Part shown: piece after piece, positions 31,134-40,000 of the stretch | Numbering within the stretch: the first letter of the stretch is position 1 | Layout: each line of letters begins with the position of its first letter | Assembly: GCA_945619025.1 (NCBI GenBank) | Contig: CALZBJ010000001.1 | Location: 1-40,000, forward strand | Direction: 5' to 3' | Source: an uncultured Ignatzschineria sp. | GTDB taxonomy: Bacteria; Pseudomonadota; Gammaproteobacteria; Cardiobacteriales; Wohlfahrtiimonadaceae | DNA length: 40,000 nucleotides | The notes under the pieces: model-generated | What the model was told of the DNA's origin: nothing | Databases searched by the model: none | What the model saw: the letters and a program-made list of their open reading frames with translations, nothing else | Translations under genes and position numbers: made by a program

Positions 31134-32207
31134 TTACAGCGCATTCGCCGTCTCTAATCGCTCGAGGCGAAGCGTGCGTGAACGTTCATTTTCCTGTACC
31201 GTTGCACCATCGCTAATTCGGATTTGCCCCGCCCGAATCACAAGCTCCCCACCGGAAAGCCCTTTTAAAATCTCTACGTGTGAACGAGTTCGTTCACCAA
31301 GCTCCACCTCACGCATAAGCGCTTTATATTGATTGTCATTGCCGGCAATGGGTTCGGCAATATAGAGAAAATGTTTCCCCTCTTGCGCTACAATCGCCTC
31401 TTCCGGCACCACCACTACATCATATCCATAAGGAATTTTAAGCGCGAGACGGGTGAACATCCCGGAGATTAATTTCTCATCGGTATTATTGTAGAGCGCG
31501 CGAATCGCAAGTGACCGCCCCTCTTGTTCAATTTTTGGGCTCACCGCATACACCTCTGCCTCAAACATCTCATGGGGGAAGTTATCAATGGAAAACTCCA
31601 CCTGTTGCCCCACTTTTGCAATGTGTGCGACGCGCTCTGGAATATTAAACTCAAGCTTAAGTTGGTCAGTATTTGAGAGCGTGACTAAGCTTGTGCCTGC
31701 TTGAATGTAATCGCCTAGATCGAAATTTTTTAGCCCCATCGTACCGTTAAAGGGTGCGTGAATGGTCATCTTTTCAAGATCGGCTTTGGCAATTTCAAGG
31801 CGTGCTTCCGCTTGAAGAAGCGTTGCATGGGCTTCATCTCGCATTTGCGCCGTAGCTCCAGCTTTTGCCGCTTGAAAACGCTCATAGTTTTGCTGGGCAA
31901 TCATCACTTTTGATTCCGCTTCCACGACATTGGCCGCCTGAACGCGTTTATCAAATCGAATGAGCACATCGTCTTTGGCAACATTGCGTCCTTCAATAAA
32001 ATCAATGCCGATAATGCGCCCCGAAATCTCAGGACGAATGGTGATTTCTGAGGAGGGAAAGAGCGTGCCGATCGCATAGATCTCTTCGCTTTTAGGAATT
32101 AATTGGCTCTGTTCAAGCTCCACCTCCGTTGCCTTATCTTGTGCTTGGAGGAACATCGGAAAGAGCATCAACAGGGAGAGCCCAAGGGAAAGATAACGTC
32201 GATTCAT
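31134..32207 (-). CDS. RND periplasmic adaptor (membrane fusion protein)
   Basis: 357 aa. Signal peptide, lipoyl/hairpin/beta-barrel MFP pattern (…IRPEISGRI…V..GD.L..FD…), upstream of the RND pump. Confidence 0.85.
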   Translation of the reverse strand: MNRRYLSLGLSLLMLFPMFLQAQDKATEVELEQSQLIPKSEEIYAIGTLFPSSEITIRPEISGRIIGIDFIEGRNVAKDDVLIRFDKRVQAANVVEAESKVMIAQQNYERFQAAKAGATAQMRDEAHATLLQAEARLEIAKADLEKMTIHAPFNGTMGLKNFDLGDYIQAGTSLVTLSNTDQLKLEFNIPERVAHIAKVGQQVEFSIDNFPHEMFEAEVYAVSPKIEQEGRSLAIRALYNNTDEKLISGMFTRLALKIPYGYDVVVVPEEAIVAQEGKHFLYIAEPIAGNDNQYKALMREVELGERTRSHVEILKGLSGGELVIRAGQIRISDGATVQENERSRTLRLERLETANAL

Positions 32208-32373
32208 AGCGCAAACCTCTCGCGTAATACTAAACTCTAGCTAAATCATGTGAAGAATCCTAGCATAGCCTTTAGTGTGTGATTTTTTGTAAATAAGTCA
32301 GCTAAATTAATGCTTAGTCTATCATGCAGTGCGGTGCGACTACACGTTTAATCATTTAAATTCATAAACAAAA

Positions 32374-32405
32374 AGAGCTAAATCAACTCAATTTAGCTCT
32401 TTTTT
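32374..32405. terminator. Bidirectional hairpin terminator downstream of the AI-2E transporter gene
   Basis: AGAGCTAAAT-CAACTCA-ATTTAGCTCT flanked by A and T runs. Confidence 0.55.
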
Positions 32406-32431
32406 ATCTACCCTATTCAAAGAATCCCCAT

Positions 32432-33547
32432 CTAGCTTTTGGCGGAGGATTTTCGTTTTGCTTTAATCGCCTTTTTTGGCTCAGGCTCGGGAATCCGGTG
32501 ATCCTCTTCATGGACCCACTCGCGCCATAACGCCACAATGAGCGCCATAATCACAGGCCCGATAAATAGCCCGATTACGCCCATGGTTTTAACCCCGCCA
32601 ACCAGCCCCATAATCGTGGGTAAAAATGGGAGTTTAACCGCACCACCAACAAGACGTGGACGAATGGTTTTATCCACTACAAAAAGCTGAATCGTTCCCC
32701 ATGCAAAGAGGATTAATCCGCTTGTCGTTGAGCCACTTCCCACTAAATAGAGCGAAACCATCGTCATCGATAATGGTGCGCCTCCCGGGATAAGGGCAAA
32801 TACACCGGTAATCACCCCAAGCGTTAAGGGCGACGGCGCGCCGACAAAATAATAGACAAACCCAAACACAATCCCCTCACCGATCGCAATTACGACCATA
32901 CCGGTAACGGTGGAACTAATCAGCGTTGGGACAATGCGGGAAATGCGATGCCAGCGATCCGGAAATACCCGCTCACCGACAATATCGATTTGCTCACAGA
33001 TACTGCGGCCATCTTTATAGAGGAAAAAGAGCGTGATAATCATAAAAAGAAGGGTAAACCCAAGCCCGGCAAAGTGACGGGTAATCTCTTTGGTGATCAC
33101 CATGCTGTATGAAAAGATATTTTTAAGCCCCGCTTTGGCAAGGAGCTCGTTCACCCCGTTCGGGCGATTTAAGAAACTCTCCCACCATTTGTGCAATTCA
33201 TCACCAACGAGGGGAAGATTTTGAATCCAATCGGGCGTTGGCTTACCATCTCGGTTAAGCGCGGTAATCCATTCAAAGAGCCCTTGAATTTCATTAAGAG
33301 AGTAATGCGCAAGCCAAATAAAAGGCAGCACGATTGCAAGGACGATAAAGACCGTTGCAATGCTGGCTGCCACAAGTTCGCGCCCCTTACAGAGACGCAA
33401 TAAATCGCTGTAGGATTGCCAGGTCACAAATGCGATAATCATTGCGCCGAGTGCGGGAACAATAAATTCATGGAAGAAAAAGAGCCCTAATACTAAAATG
33501 AGCCCGATAATCCATTTCGCTACGGGGTGAAATGATAACGCCTTCAT
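32432..33547 (-). CDS. AI-2E family transporter (PerM/YhhT-like)
   Basis: 371 aa, multi-TM. Conserved C-terminal stretch ...IPGGAPL.........G.......L..W......VDK.IRP.L.G. Confidence 0.75.
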   Translation of the reverse strand: MKALSFHPVAKWIIGLILVLGLFFFHEFIVPALGAMIIAFVTWQSYSDLLRLCKGRELVAASIATVFIVLAIVLPFIWLAHYSLNEIQGLFEWITALNRDGKPTPDWIQNLPLVGDELHKWWESFLNRPNGVNELLAKAGLKNIFSYSMVITKEITRHFAGLGFTLLFMIITLFFLYKDGRSICEQIDIVGERVFPDRWHRISRIVPTLISSTVTGMVVIAIGEGIVFGFVYYFVGAPSPLTLGVITGVFALIPGGAPLSMTMVSLYLVGSGSTTSGLILFAWGTIQLFVVDKTIRPRLVGGAVKLPFLPTIMGLVGGVKTMGVIGLFIGPVIMALIVALWREWVHEEDHRIPEPEPKKAIKAKRKSSAKS

Positions 33548-33581
33548 GTGACCTGCCTTATTTCATGGTGTTGTCGGTGTT

Positions 33582-34058
33582 TTAGATGTGTTCTACCTCT
33601 AAAATCTCATACATTTTATCACCACCTGGGGTTTTAATGGTAACCTCATCGTCAACTTCTTTTCCGATAAGCGCACGAGCAATCGGCGAGGAGATCGAAA
33701 GTTTATTCGCCTTCACATCCGCCTCGTAATCGCCGACGATCTGATAGGTGACTTCTTTCTCTTCATTGACATCAAAAAGTGTTACCGTTACCCCGAAAAT
33801 CACCTTGCCGGTATTGGCGATCTGCGTGATATCGATCACTTGAGCATTCGAAAGGCGTGCTTCAAAATCGCTGATTCGAGCTTCGATAAAACCTTGCTCT
33901 TCACGGGCCGCATGATACTCAGCATTCTCTTTTAAGTCACCGTGTTCACGGGCTTCTGCAATGTCTGCAACAACGCGTGGACGTTGTACTTTTTTAAGAT
34001 CATCAAGCTCTGCACGTAAACGCTCAGCGCCCTCTTTCGTAATGGGATATTTATTCAT
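33582..34058 (-). CDS. greA: Transcription elongation factor GreA
   Basis: 158 aa. [59 protein letters not shown]. Confidence 0.92.
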   Translation of the reverse strand: MNKYPITKEGAERLRAELDDLKKVQRPRVVADIAEAREHGDLKENAEYHAAREEQGFIEARISDFEARLSNAQVIDITQIANTGKVIFGVTVTLFDVNEEKEVTYQIVGDYEADVKANKLSISSPIARALIGKEVDDEVTIKTPGGDKMYEILEVEHI

Positions 34059-34106
34059 TGTCTCAATTCCTGTTGATACGTCTTTGAAGTAAATGTTCTG
34101 CGGGCG

Positions 34107-34532
34107 TTACCACCAGCCAACATTTTCCATTTCAGTCCATGGGGATTGCGGTGCTTTCGGCTCCCCTTTTTGCAATAATTCGATCGAGATATCATCGGGC
34201 GAGCGGAAAAATGCCATCCAACCATCGCGAGGAGGAACATTGATCTCAATGCCAGCATCCATCGCGCGTTGACACACTTCATAGATATCGTCCACCTCAA
34301 AGGCTAAATGCCCAAATGCGCGACCAATACCGTACTCTTCTTCTGAATCCCAGTTGTAGGTCAATTCGATCTCAACCTCTTGCCCCGGCGCCGCTAAATA
34401 GACCAGCGTACATTCCCACTGGGGATATTCCTTACGGCGAGTCTCTTTTAATCCTAAAACATTTGAGAAAAATTCAAGGGATTTCTCAAGGTCTTTAACG
34501 CGGACCATCGTATGTAAAAATTTAACTGTCAT
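34107..34532 (-). CDS. gloA: Lactoylglutathione lyase / VOC family (GloA-like)
   Basis: Start reset to MTVKF (GAGGAG SD). FLHTMVRVKDLEKSLEFF..VLG...........C.L..L........IELTYNW.....Y..G.AFGHLAF.V parallels E. coli GloA. Confidence 0.75.
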   Translation of the reverse strand: MTVKFLHTMVRVKDLEKSLEFFSNVLGLKETRRKEYPQWECTLVYLAAPGQEVEIELTYNWDSEEEYGIGRAFGHLAFEVDDIYEVCQRAMDAGIEINVPPRDGWMAFFRSPDDISIELLQKGEPKAPQSPWTEMENVGWW

Positions 34533-34544
34533 TTTTGTTCTCCT

Positions 34545-34578
34545 CAAAAGGAAGAAGGGTATGTCAGCATACCCTTCT
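34545..34578 (-). terminator. Hairpin terminator after the small membrane peptide gene
   Basis: Minus strand AGAAGGGTAT-GCTGAC-ATACCCTTCT followed by TCCTTTTG. Confidence 0.5.
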
Positions 34579-34656
34579 CATATATTTGTGTGAACGAATT
34601 AAGGGGCGCATTGCATATCTGCTAAATCGCCTTTTACGTTGCTATTTCAAGCTCTA

Positions 34657-34773
34657 TTACATGAAATGCATCACAAGTGATTTAACAAGTACAACCACGA
34701 TCCCTAATAAACATGCACCACTTAATACCGCTAAAATGGGGAAAGTAATTCTATCTGAACTTTGTTGTGACAT
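34657..34773 (-). CDS. Small hydrophobic peptide (38 aa), hypothetical
   Basis: Below the track cutoff. GGAGATGG SD, then MSQQSSDRITFPILAVLSGACLLGIVVVLVKSLVMHFM. Has its own terminator. Confidence 0.4.
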   Translation of the reverse strand: MSQQSSDRITFPILAVLSGACLLGIVVVLVKSLVMHFM

Positions 34774-34916
34774 TTCCATCTCCTCTAAAAAAGTTGGCAA
34801 TATTTAAGTACTCGAGGCACCTAAAAGCTACATTTAACTAACTAAATGATAAGGCATGTATTCCTTTTTTTCTAGCTTTATCTCAATAAAAGCTCAGAAG
34901 CGCCCTAATCGTGCGA

Positions 34917-35486
34917 CTATTCAGCAACAATCACCTGCGCCGCTCGTACCACGCGCTCGTTTAGCAAATATCCTTTTTGCACCACTTGAATCACATGACC
35001 GGATTCAAATTCACGATTTTTCTGCATGGTAATGGCTTGATGACGCTCAGGGTCGAGTTTTTCACCGGTAGGATTAATCTGGACGACGCCAAATTTCTCA
35101 CATGCATTTAAGAGCATTTTGTAGGTGAGTTCGGATCCTGTGATAAATTGTTTTACTTCATCATTTTCAGATTTTTGCAGCGCGTTTAATTCGAGCTCCA
35201 TCGCATCTAAAATGGGCAGTAATTCTTTTACAAATTTATCAAGCGCATATTTATGGGCGTTTGCCACATCGATCTCAGCACGGCGTTTGATGTTTTTCAC
35301 ATCGGCGGCTGCGAGTAAATATTGATTATATAGCTTCTCTTTTTCCGCTTGTGCTGCTTCATACGCAGCCGTTAACTCTTCAAGCGTTAATTCGCCCTCT
35401 TCGCCTTCCACCACTTCATCAGTTGCTTCTGCGTCGAGCGCATCATTTTCAAGCTCTACATCCATCTCATTTTTTGTATCTGACAT
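34917..35486 (-). CDS. grpE: Nucleotide exchange factor GrpE
   Basis: 189 aa. Acidic N-terminus, then YLLAAADVKNIKRRAEIDVANAHKYALDKFVKELLPILDAMELEL and C-terminal GYLLNERVVRAAQV.V. Confidence 0.92.
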   Translation of the reverse strand: MSDTKNEMDVELENDALDAEATDEVVEGEEGELTLEELTAAYEAAQAEKEKLYNQYLLAAADVKNIKRRAEIDVANAHKYALDKFVKELLPILDAMELELNALQKSENDEVKQFITGSELTYKMLLNACEKFGVVQINPTGEKLDPERHQAITMQKNREFESGHVIQVVQKGYLLNERVVRAAQVIVAE

Positions 35487-35576
35487 GATCTTTTCCCTAC
35501 GTAAAAATTCTATAACACCTATAATTTGAGGTTCATTATAATTTTTTCAAGGTGAATTGATAATTTTGTCTAAATA

Positions 35577-35777
35577 TTAATCATCGAGATCATCAAAATC
35601 CCAATCATCTTCAAAACTTTCAAGCTCATACTCTTTCGCGAGCTTTTTCTCTAATGCGCGCTGTTCACGAATCGCTTCAATGTCACGCCACGCTTGAGAT
35701 TTATTGGGTTTTACCTCAGGAATTTCTTCCTCTTCGATAAGATCCTCATCAATAAAATCGTCGTATCCTGCTGTCAT
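35577..35777 (-). CDS. Small highly acidic protein, hypothetical
   Basis: 66 aa, with Asp/Glu-rich termini flanking a basic helix (WRDIEAIREQRALEKKLAKE). Family not confidently recognised. Confidence 0.5.
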   Translation of the reverse strand: MTAGYDDFIDEDLIEEEEIPEVKPNKSQAWRDIEAIREQRALEKKLAKEYELESFEDDWDFDDLDD

Positions 35778-36056
35778 GGTTTTCTCCTATATAAAAACTC
35801 TATGGCATGCTTATAACGCATTCAGGCTAAAAAGCAAATTTTTTTTTAATTTATTGCATTTATCGGGGTGATAACCCTGTAAATTCAAGAGATTACCACA
35901 TGCTTATTTTTCGATCAACTCTTCTTTTTTGATGGAAAAAAGCGTGCCAAAACCGCTCATTTCTAAAACTCTCTGCAAGCAAAAAGAGATACGCTATAAT
36001 ATGCCCTTATTCTTCATAAAAACCCCTTTCCCGCTAAAATCAGGAGGTAAACTAAG

Positions 36057-37100
36057 GTGATTACAGCGTTTATATTAAAAAATGGTCGACTGGTGCAGAG
36101 CAAAATCTCATCGAGCGACGATTTTCAAAAAGAGATGATCTGGATTGATCTTGTCGATCCAACCGAAGAGGAACGCGCCTTAGTTGAAGCTCATTACAAT
36201 TTTGAGTTGCCGGAGAAAGCGGAGATTAAAGATATCGAGGCCTCCGCACGCTTTTATGAAGATGAAGATGGGATTCACGTCCACAGCTTCTTTTTAAATG
36301 ATTTTGGCGATCGCGTGACCAATGTCACCGTCGCTTTTTCGATCTATAATGGCCGCCTCTTTACCCTGCACGATGAGGATTTAAGCTCCTTTAGACTCTA
36401 TCGCCTGCGTGCCCGTCATCCGCAAATTAATGATATGGAGTCGGTCATTGATGTGATGGATATCTTAATTGGGCTTCACGAAACGGCGGTCGAACACGTC
36501 GCGGACGTTCTTGAGCTTATCTATACCAAGCTTGAATCCACAAGCCCTTATGTACTCATTAATGGCAATAAAACGGAAGAGAAAGAGCCTCGAAAATCCC
36601 GTCGCCGCCGACAAAAAGAGCTTGAACAAGAAGAGGATGACGAGCAGAAAAAAGTTGATATGGATACGATCTTATCGGAGATCTCCATTCAAGAAGATAT
36701 TAATGGCAAAGCCCGCTTATCCCTGATGGATACGCGCCGTTCGCTCTCCTTTTTATTGCGGGGCCGCCTACTAACCAATGACCAAAATGAAGATGTGCGA
36801 GAGATTCTGCGCGACTTAGAATCACTCACCAGTCACACCTCATTTCTCTTTGACAAGGTAAACTTCCTGCTCGATGCGGCCATGGGTAAAATCTCCCTTG
36901 AACAGAGCCGTATTATCAAAATCTTCTCCATTGCATCAGTAGTCTTTCTGCCGCCGACACTTATTGCCAGTATCTATGGTATGAACTTTGCCTTTATGCC
37001 AGAGCTCAATTTCCGCTACAGCTATCCGCTCTCGATCGGACTGATGTTTTTATCCGGAATTGCGCCCTATCTCCTCTTTAAGCGAAAAGGTTGGCTGTAA
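36057..37100 (+). CDS. corA: Magnesium/cobalt transporter CorA
   Basis: 347 aa. GTG start with an AGGAGG SD. YGMNF signature (ASIYGMNFAFMPE) and two C-terminal TMs. Contains a highly charged insert (aa about 168-203). Confidence 0.88.
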   Translation: MITAFILKNGRLVQSKISSSDDFQKEMIWIDLVDPTEEERALVEAHYNFELPEKAEIKDIEASARFYEDEDGIHVHSFFLNDFGDRVTNVTVAFSIYNGRLFTLHDEDLSSFRLYRLRARHPQINDMESVIDVMDILIGLHETAVEHVADVLELIYTKLESTSPYVLINGNKTEEKEPRKSRRRRQKELEQEEDDEQKKVDMDTILSEISIQEDINGKARLSLMDTRRSLSFLLRGRLLTNDQNEDVREILRDLESLTSHTSFLFDKVNFLLDAAMGKISLEQSRIIKIFSIASVVFLPPTLIASIYGMNFAFMPELNFRYSYPLSIGLMFLSGIAPYLLFKRKGWL

Positions 37101-37156
37101 TTGCTATATATCCATATATAGATATAAGACGAAAACAGCTCTTTGAAACGACAAAA

Positions 37157-37188
37157 ACGCGAGCCATCTTACGATCCTCGCGTTTTTT
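37157..37188. terminator. Bidirectional terminator between corA and the META-domain gene
   Basis: ACGCGAG-13 nt-CTCGCGT with T runs on both strands. Confidence 0.6.
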
Positions 37189-37226
37189 ATTCCCTTTTAC
37201 TTTTACTTTAATCTACAACCGATATT

Positions 37227-37952
37227 TTATGGCTCGAGACTCTCCTCATCGGTCCCTGCCTCATCAAGCTCTTCCTTAGTATCGATCGACACCTGCTCGA
37301 CAATCATATCAAGCACAAGACGCGCCTCACCTTCTGCACGGGGATAAGCTTTTAGACGAAGGCGATAATCGATATTCTCATTAGGAGTAAATCCTTCAAT
37401 CTCCCCTTTATAGATCTCCCACTGATCCTCAGGCTTTTTACGCACGAGTAGGCAAGTTTCGCCCGATTCTGTCGTACCTAATTTACAGACGGCAGGTTTA
37501 CCAGAAACATAAAGAAACGTCGTGTCATATTCGAGCGCCTCAATATCTTTAAACGCGCCCTTATCGAGCTCTACCGGAATGTAACGACTTTCAGATTCGC
37601 CCCGAATATTTCCAACGAGATAGAGCGCATCACCCTTGCGCACCATTTTCGGTTTATTGCGCAAAAAGGAGCGCACTTTTTGATCAAGCCCTTCCATCGG
37701 CCCCGCACACGCCATCTTAGTAGAAGCTAAACGATGAGGATTGGTACGGAAAATATCGTGCTCTTTAAGATACATCGAACCGGTAAAGGTATTGCAACCG
37801 CCGACGATGGCAAATCGATTGGACTCCATATCGAGCACCGCGCGAATCTCTCGCTCCGCTGAAATCGGCTCGATGGTTAACGAATCGGCAACCCCGATCT
37901 TTCCTACCAGTAAAAGCGCGCTGAGCGTCATCAATTGTCGTAATTTGGCCAT
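37227..37952 (-). CDS. META-domain plus DUF4377-like secreted/lipoprotein
   Basis: Start reset to MAKLRQLMTLSALLLVG (signal-like). GGCNTFTGSM...LASTKMAC is the META pattern. The C-terminus has C..G.....C.....P..W....GEIEGF.P.....YRLRLK. Confidence 0.6.
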   Translation of the reverse strand: MAKLRQLMTLSALLLVGKIGVADSLTIEPISAEREIRAVLDMESNRFAIVGGCNTFTGSMYLKEHDIFRTNPHRLASTKMACAGPMEGLDQKVRSFLRNKPKMVRKGDALYLVGNIRGESESRYIPVELDKGAFKDIEALEYDTTFLYVSGKPAVCKLGTTESGETCLLVRKKPEDQWEIYKGEIEGFTPNENIDYRLRLKAYPRAEGEARLVLDMIVEQVSIDTKEELDEAGTDEESLEP

Positions 37953-38098
37953 CTCAATCGTACCTCGCAATGTTGAGTGTGATAAATTTAACTGCATTTA
38001 TAGTAGCACGGCTCGCCCGCAACACGAGAGTTTTTCCCGTCTAACTCATTCATTTATGATCGCCAGTGCGCCATTGTTAGCCAATTTAATAAAAAAAG

Positions 38099-38126
38099 AT
38101 GACAAATGTTTTTTTCTTTGTATAAT
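38099..38126 (+). promoter_or_regulatory. Promoter of the first tRNA-Asp
   Basis: ATGACA-16 nt-TATAAT. Confidence 0.45.
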
Positions 38127-38164
38127 ACGAATCCTCAGTTGGCAACAACGAGAAACAAAACTTA

Positions 38165-38242
38165 GGAGCGGTAGTTCAGTTGGTTTAGAATACCTGCCTG
38201 TCACGCAGGGGGTCGCGGGTTCGAGTCCCGTCCGTTCCGCCA
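38165..38242 (+). tRNA. tRNA-Asp (GUC)
   Basis: GGAGCGGTAGTTCAGTTGGTTTAGAATACCTGCCTGTCACGCAGGGGGTCGCGGGTTCGAGTCCCGTCCGTTCCGCCA. Nearly identical to E. coli tRNA-Asp as remembered. Confidence 0.95.
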
Positions 38243-38337
38243 GTTTTAACGCAAGTTTGATCACTTTTATAAGGTCGAATAAGCAAACTATCTTAGTTGA
38301 GTTAGGTGAAGCAGTTAAGATTGAACAAAAATTATGC

Positions 38338-38365
38338 TAGACAATTAAATTTACTTTAGTATAAT
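38338..38365 (+). promoter_or_regulatory. Promoter of the second tRNA-Asp
   Basis: TAGACA-16 nt-TATAAT. Confidence 0.45.
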
Positions 38366-38396
38366 ACTTCACCTAGACGCTAGCAATAGCAAATTA

Positions 38397-38474
38397 GGAG
38401 CGGTAGTTCAGTTGGTTTAGAATACCTGCCTGTCACGCAGGGGGTCGCGGGTTCGAGTCCCGTCCGTTCCGCCA
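38397..38474 (+). tRNA. tRNA-Asp (GUC), identical second copy
   Basis: Same 78-nt sequence as 38165-38242. Confidence 0.95.
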
Positions 38475-38480
38475 CATAAG

Positions 38481-38512
38481 AAGCACTGATTCAAACGAGT
38501 CAGTGCTTTTTT
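38481..38512 (+). terminator. Terminator after the tRNA-Asp pair
   Basis: AAGCACTGA-10 nt-TCAGTGCTT followed by TTTTTC. Confidence 0.75.
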
Positions 38513-38561
38513 CTTTGCCTAAAGTTTTATTTAAAACCAGGATAACGGCAAAGCGCATCTC

Positions 38562-39134
38562 TTATCCCCCACCCACAAGTTTCCAGAGCGAAACCACGAG
38601 CGTTTTCACCCACACCCAATTGATCTCCATTCCTTCCACCCCGCTTGCGATCATCTTAATGGTTTGGATCACCGCATAAATCAAAATCAAAATGGAAAAA
38701 ATCACGCGAATCACAAGCCCTACTGCAAAACCTAAAAAGGCACCTAACCCAACCTTTCCCGCGTTGTAGAGATCTTTTCGATCTAAAATTTCACCAAGCA
38801 TCGCCCCAAGCACAAGTCCGATCACCATGCCTAAAATCGACGCAACCAACAATCCCACAATCGAGCCCAACATCGAGAGCCAAATGCCTTTTCGACCCGA
38901 TCCAGTAAGTTTTGCGCCATAGGCCGTCGCTAAATAATCGATCACAGAACCGATTCCGGCAATCACGCCAACAACGATCACGCTTAAAATTGACATCCGT
39001 GTAAAACCATCGAGATAGGCGAGCCACCAATATCCCACAAACATCAAAGGAAGCCCCGGCAAAATCGGGAAGACCGATCCAAGTGCGCCGATCACAATTA
39101 ACACGAGCGCTAAAAGCGCAAAGAGAATCGTCAT
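38562..39134 (-). CDS. DUF456-family membrane protein
   Basis: 190 aa. LGSVFPILPGLPLMFVGYW...IDYLATAYGAKLTGSGRKG and Gly-rich TMs. Confidence 0.65.
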   Translation of the reverse strand: MTILFALLALVLIVIGALGSVFPILPGLPLMFVGYWWLAYLDGFTRMSILSVIVVGVIAGIGSVIDYLATAYGAKLTGSGRKGIWLSMLGSIVGLLVASILGMVIGLVLGAMLGEILDRKDLYNAGKVGLGAFLGFAVGLVIRVIFSILILIYAVIQTIKMIASGVEGMEINWVWVKTLVVSLWKLVGGG

Positions 39135-39763
39135 ACAGCACGCTCGATCGGTTTTTCGCCGATAAACTCAAAGAGCGCGGGGAGATAATATTCCGTCAAT
39201 TCCAATCCATCGCCAGCCCAATCAAATATCGAACGGCGCGCAATAAAAGTCGGCACGTCGAAAGCATGATCAGATTGCTCAAGATGATCCGGATAATCTT
39301 GAGCTTCCATTCCCCACTCAAACATGGGCGGATTTTTCACCACCGCATACTCAAACGGCGTACGCGTAATTGGAAGCGAGCCATCAAAAAGTTTATGCCC
39401 GAGCGGCTCTGTACCGCAATCGAGAATTTCAAGCCAGCGCGATTCATTTACTCGCCCCTTTTCAAGCGAGGAGGGCACTCCCTGACAAAGACTTTGCGCC
39501 CATACAACCGGAATTCCATCAAGAAGCAAAAAGACCTCTCGGCTAAAGAAATTATGATCGGACAGTGCATTAAAGCGCGGATCGCCGAGCGCTTCAATTT
39601 GGCGATTGCCTAAAAATAACAAGGAAACGGAAAAGTCTGCGCCGAGCGATTTCAATCCCGCTGTTAACGATTGGATGCGCAATAATGGATCGAGTACTTT
39701 AAAGCGTGGCTCTCGATCATAGATCGATTTCAGCCCATCTCGCCACTCCGATAAATTCGCCAT
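39131..39763 (-). CDS. ubiC: Chorismate pyruvate-lyase (UbiC-like)
   Basis: 210 aa. SLTAGLKSLG..FSVSLL, FSREVFLLLDGIPVVWAQS, EPLGHKLF and ARRSIF......LELTEYYLPA parallel E. coli UbiC blocks SMTKRFEQQGKTVSV, WLREILLCADGEPWLAGRT, TPLGRYLF and GRRSRL...LLLTEVFLPA. Confidence 0.65.
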   Translation of the reverse strand: MANLSEWRDGLKSIYDREPRFKVLDPLLRIQSLTAGLKSLGADFSVSLLFLGNRQIEALGDPRFNALSDHNFFSREVFLLLDGIPVVWAQSLCQGVPSSLEKGRVNESRWLEILDCGTEPLGHKLFDGSLPITRTPFEYAVVKNPPMFEWGMEAQDYPDHLEQSDHAFDVPTFIARRSIFDWAGDGLELTEYYLPALFEFIGEKPIERAV

Positions 39764-39894
39764 AACGCCTCTTCCTTCTCTAAAAATGATGGGGTATAGT
39801 GTAACGCAGAACGGGCTGACGCCTCAACGAGATCCGCACGTTTACGCCGAATCTTGTCTTATAACAATAACTCAGACACCCCAAAAAGGATCCT

Positions 39895-40000
39895 ATGGAA
39901 GCGGATATTATCGCCCTACTCACCCTCGTCGCAATGATTGCTGGAACCATCGATGCCATTGCGGGCGGAGGCGGATTACTCACCCTTCCTGCCCTTATGA
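39895..40000 (+). CDS. TSUP (TauE/SafE, YfcA-like) family membrane protein, N-terminal fragment
   Basis: ATG 39895 with an AAAGGA SD. MEADIIALLTLVAMIAGTIDAIAGGGGLLTLPALM is the typical TSUP N-terminus. Runs off the right edge. Confidence 0.6.
   Translation, partial: MEADIIALLTLVAMIAGTIDAIAGGGGLLTLPALM

Noticed and set aside
37741-38340. 199-aa plus-strand ORF and the 38046-38264 minus-strand ORF.
   Set aside because: The first is antisense to the META-domain gene and then reads through the tRNA-Asp gene. The second overlaps the tRNA on the opposite strand. Both are artefacts.
39780-39983. 67-aa minus-strand ORF at the right edge.
   Set aside because: It is antisense to the N-terminus of a clearly recognisable TSUP-family protein that starts at 39895 on the plus strand.

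Overview
The window has two parts. Bases 1 to about 24,500 are a lambdoid, HK97-type prophage lying next to the 3' end of a tRNA-Met(CAU) gene at 24529-24605. Bases 24,600 to 40,000 are ordinary chromosome that looks gammaproteobacterial: argC, an RND efflux pair, greA, gloA-like, grpE, corA, two tRNA-Asp genes and ubiC-like.

Prophage layout, right to left, with most genes on the minus strand:
- An early-left operon on the plus strand, 21893-24451: small unknown ORFs, ssb and an AlpA-like gene.
- An immunity region: an S24-type CI-like repressor followed by a RhuM-family gene, then a divergent Cro-like gene. The AAACC-N5-GGTTT operator occurs three times here and once at a PL-like promoter.
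- A replication module: an O-like initiator with five internal iterons, and a DnaC-like loader.
- A nin-like region: exonuclease, YbcO-like nuclease, RusA-like resolvase and a Q-like antiterminator.
- An AT-rich plus-strand moron.
- A candidate late promoter followed by two intrinsic terminators.
- A Com-like zinc finger plus a Dam-family methyltransferase.
- A RexA/RexB-like abortive-infection pair.
- A lysis cassette.
- An HNH-TerS-TerL-protease-capsid-portal-collagen-like fibre-head/tail-joining module.

No tail genes and no integrase are visible. The head module runs directly into an AT-rich, partial GHKL (MORC-like) ATPase gene at the left edge.

The most unusual signal is at the last codons of the major capsid gene. 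A canonical G GGA AAG slippery heptamer sits there, and the -1 frame opens exactly at that point. It encodes a 66-aa linker plus a domain resembling the peripheral-subunit-binding (E3-binding) domain, and it stops 5 nt before a terminator. This fits a programmed frameshift that would produce a decorated capsid isoform.

Other items worth a second look:
- An oop-like antisense sRNA cassette over the O-like gene's ribosome-binding site.
- A hairpin that sequesters the methyltransferase start codon downstream of com.
- A qut-like late promoter.
- The relocated rexAB-like pair.

All homology calls come from motif recognition by eye and from remembered reference sequences. None was confirmed by a database search.
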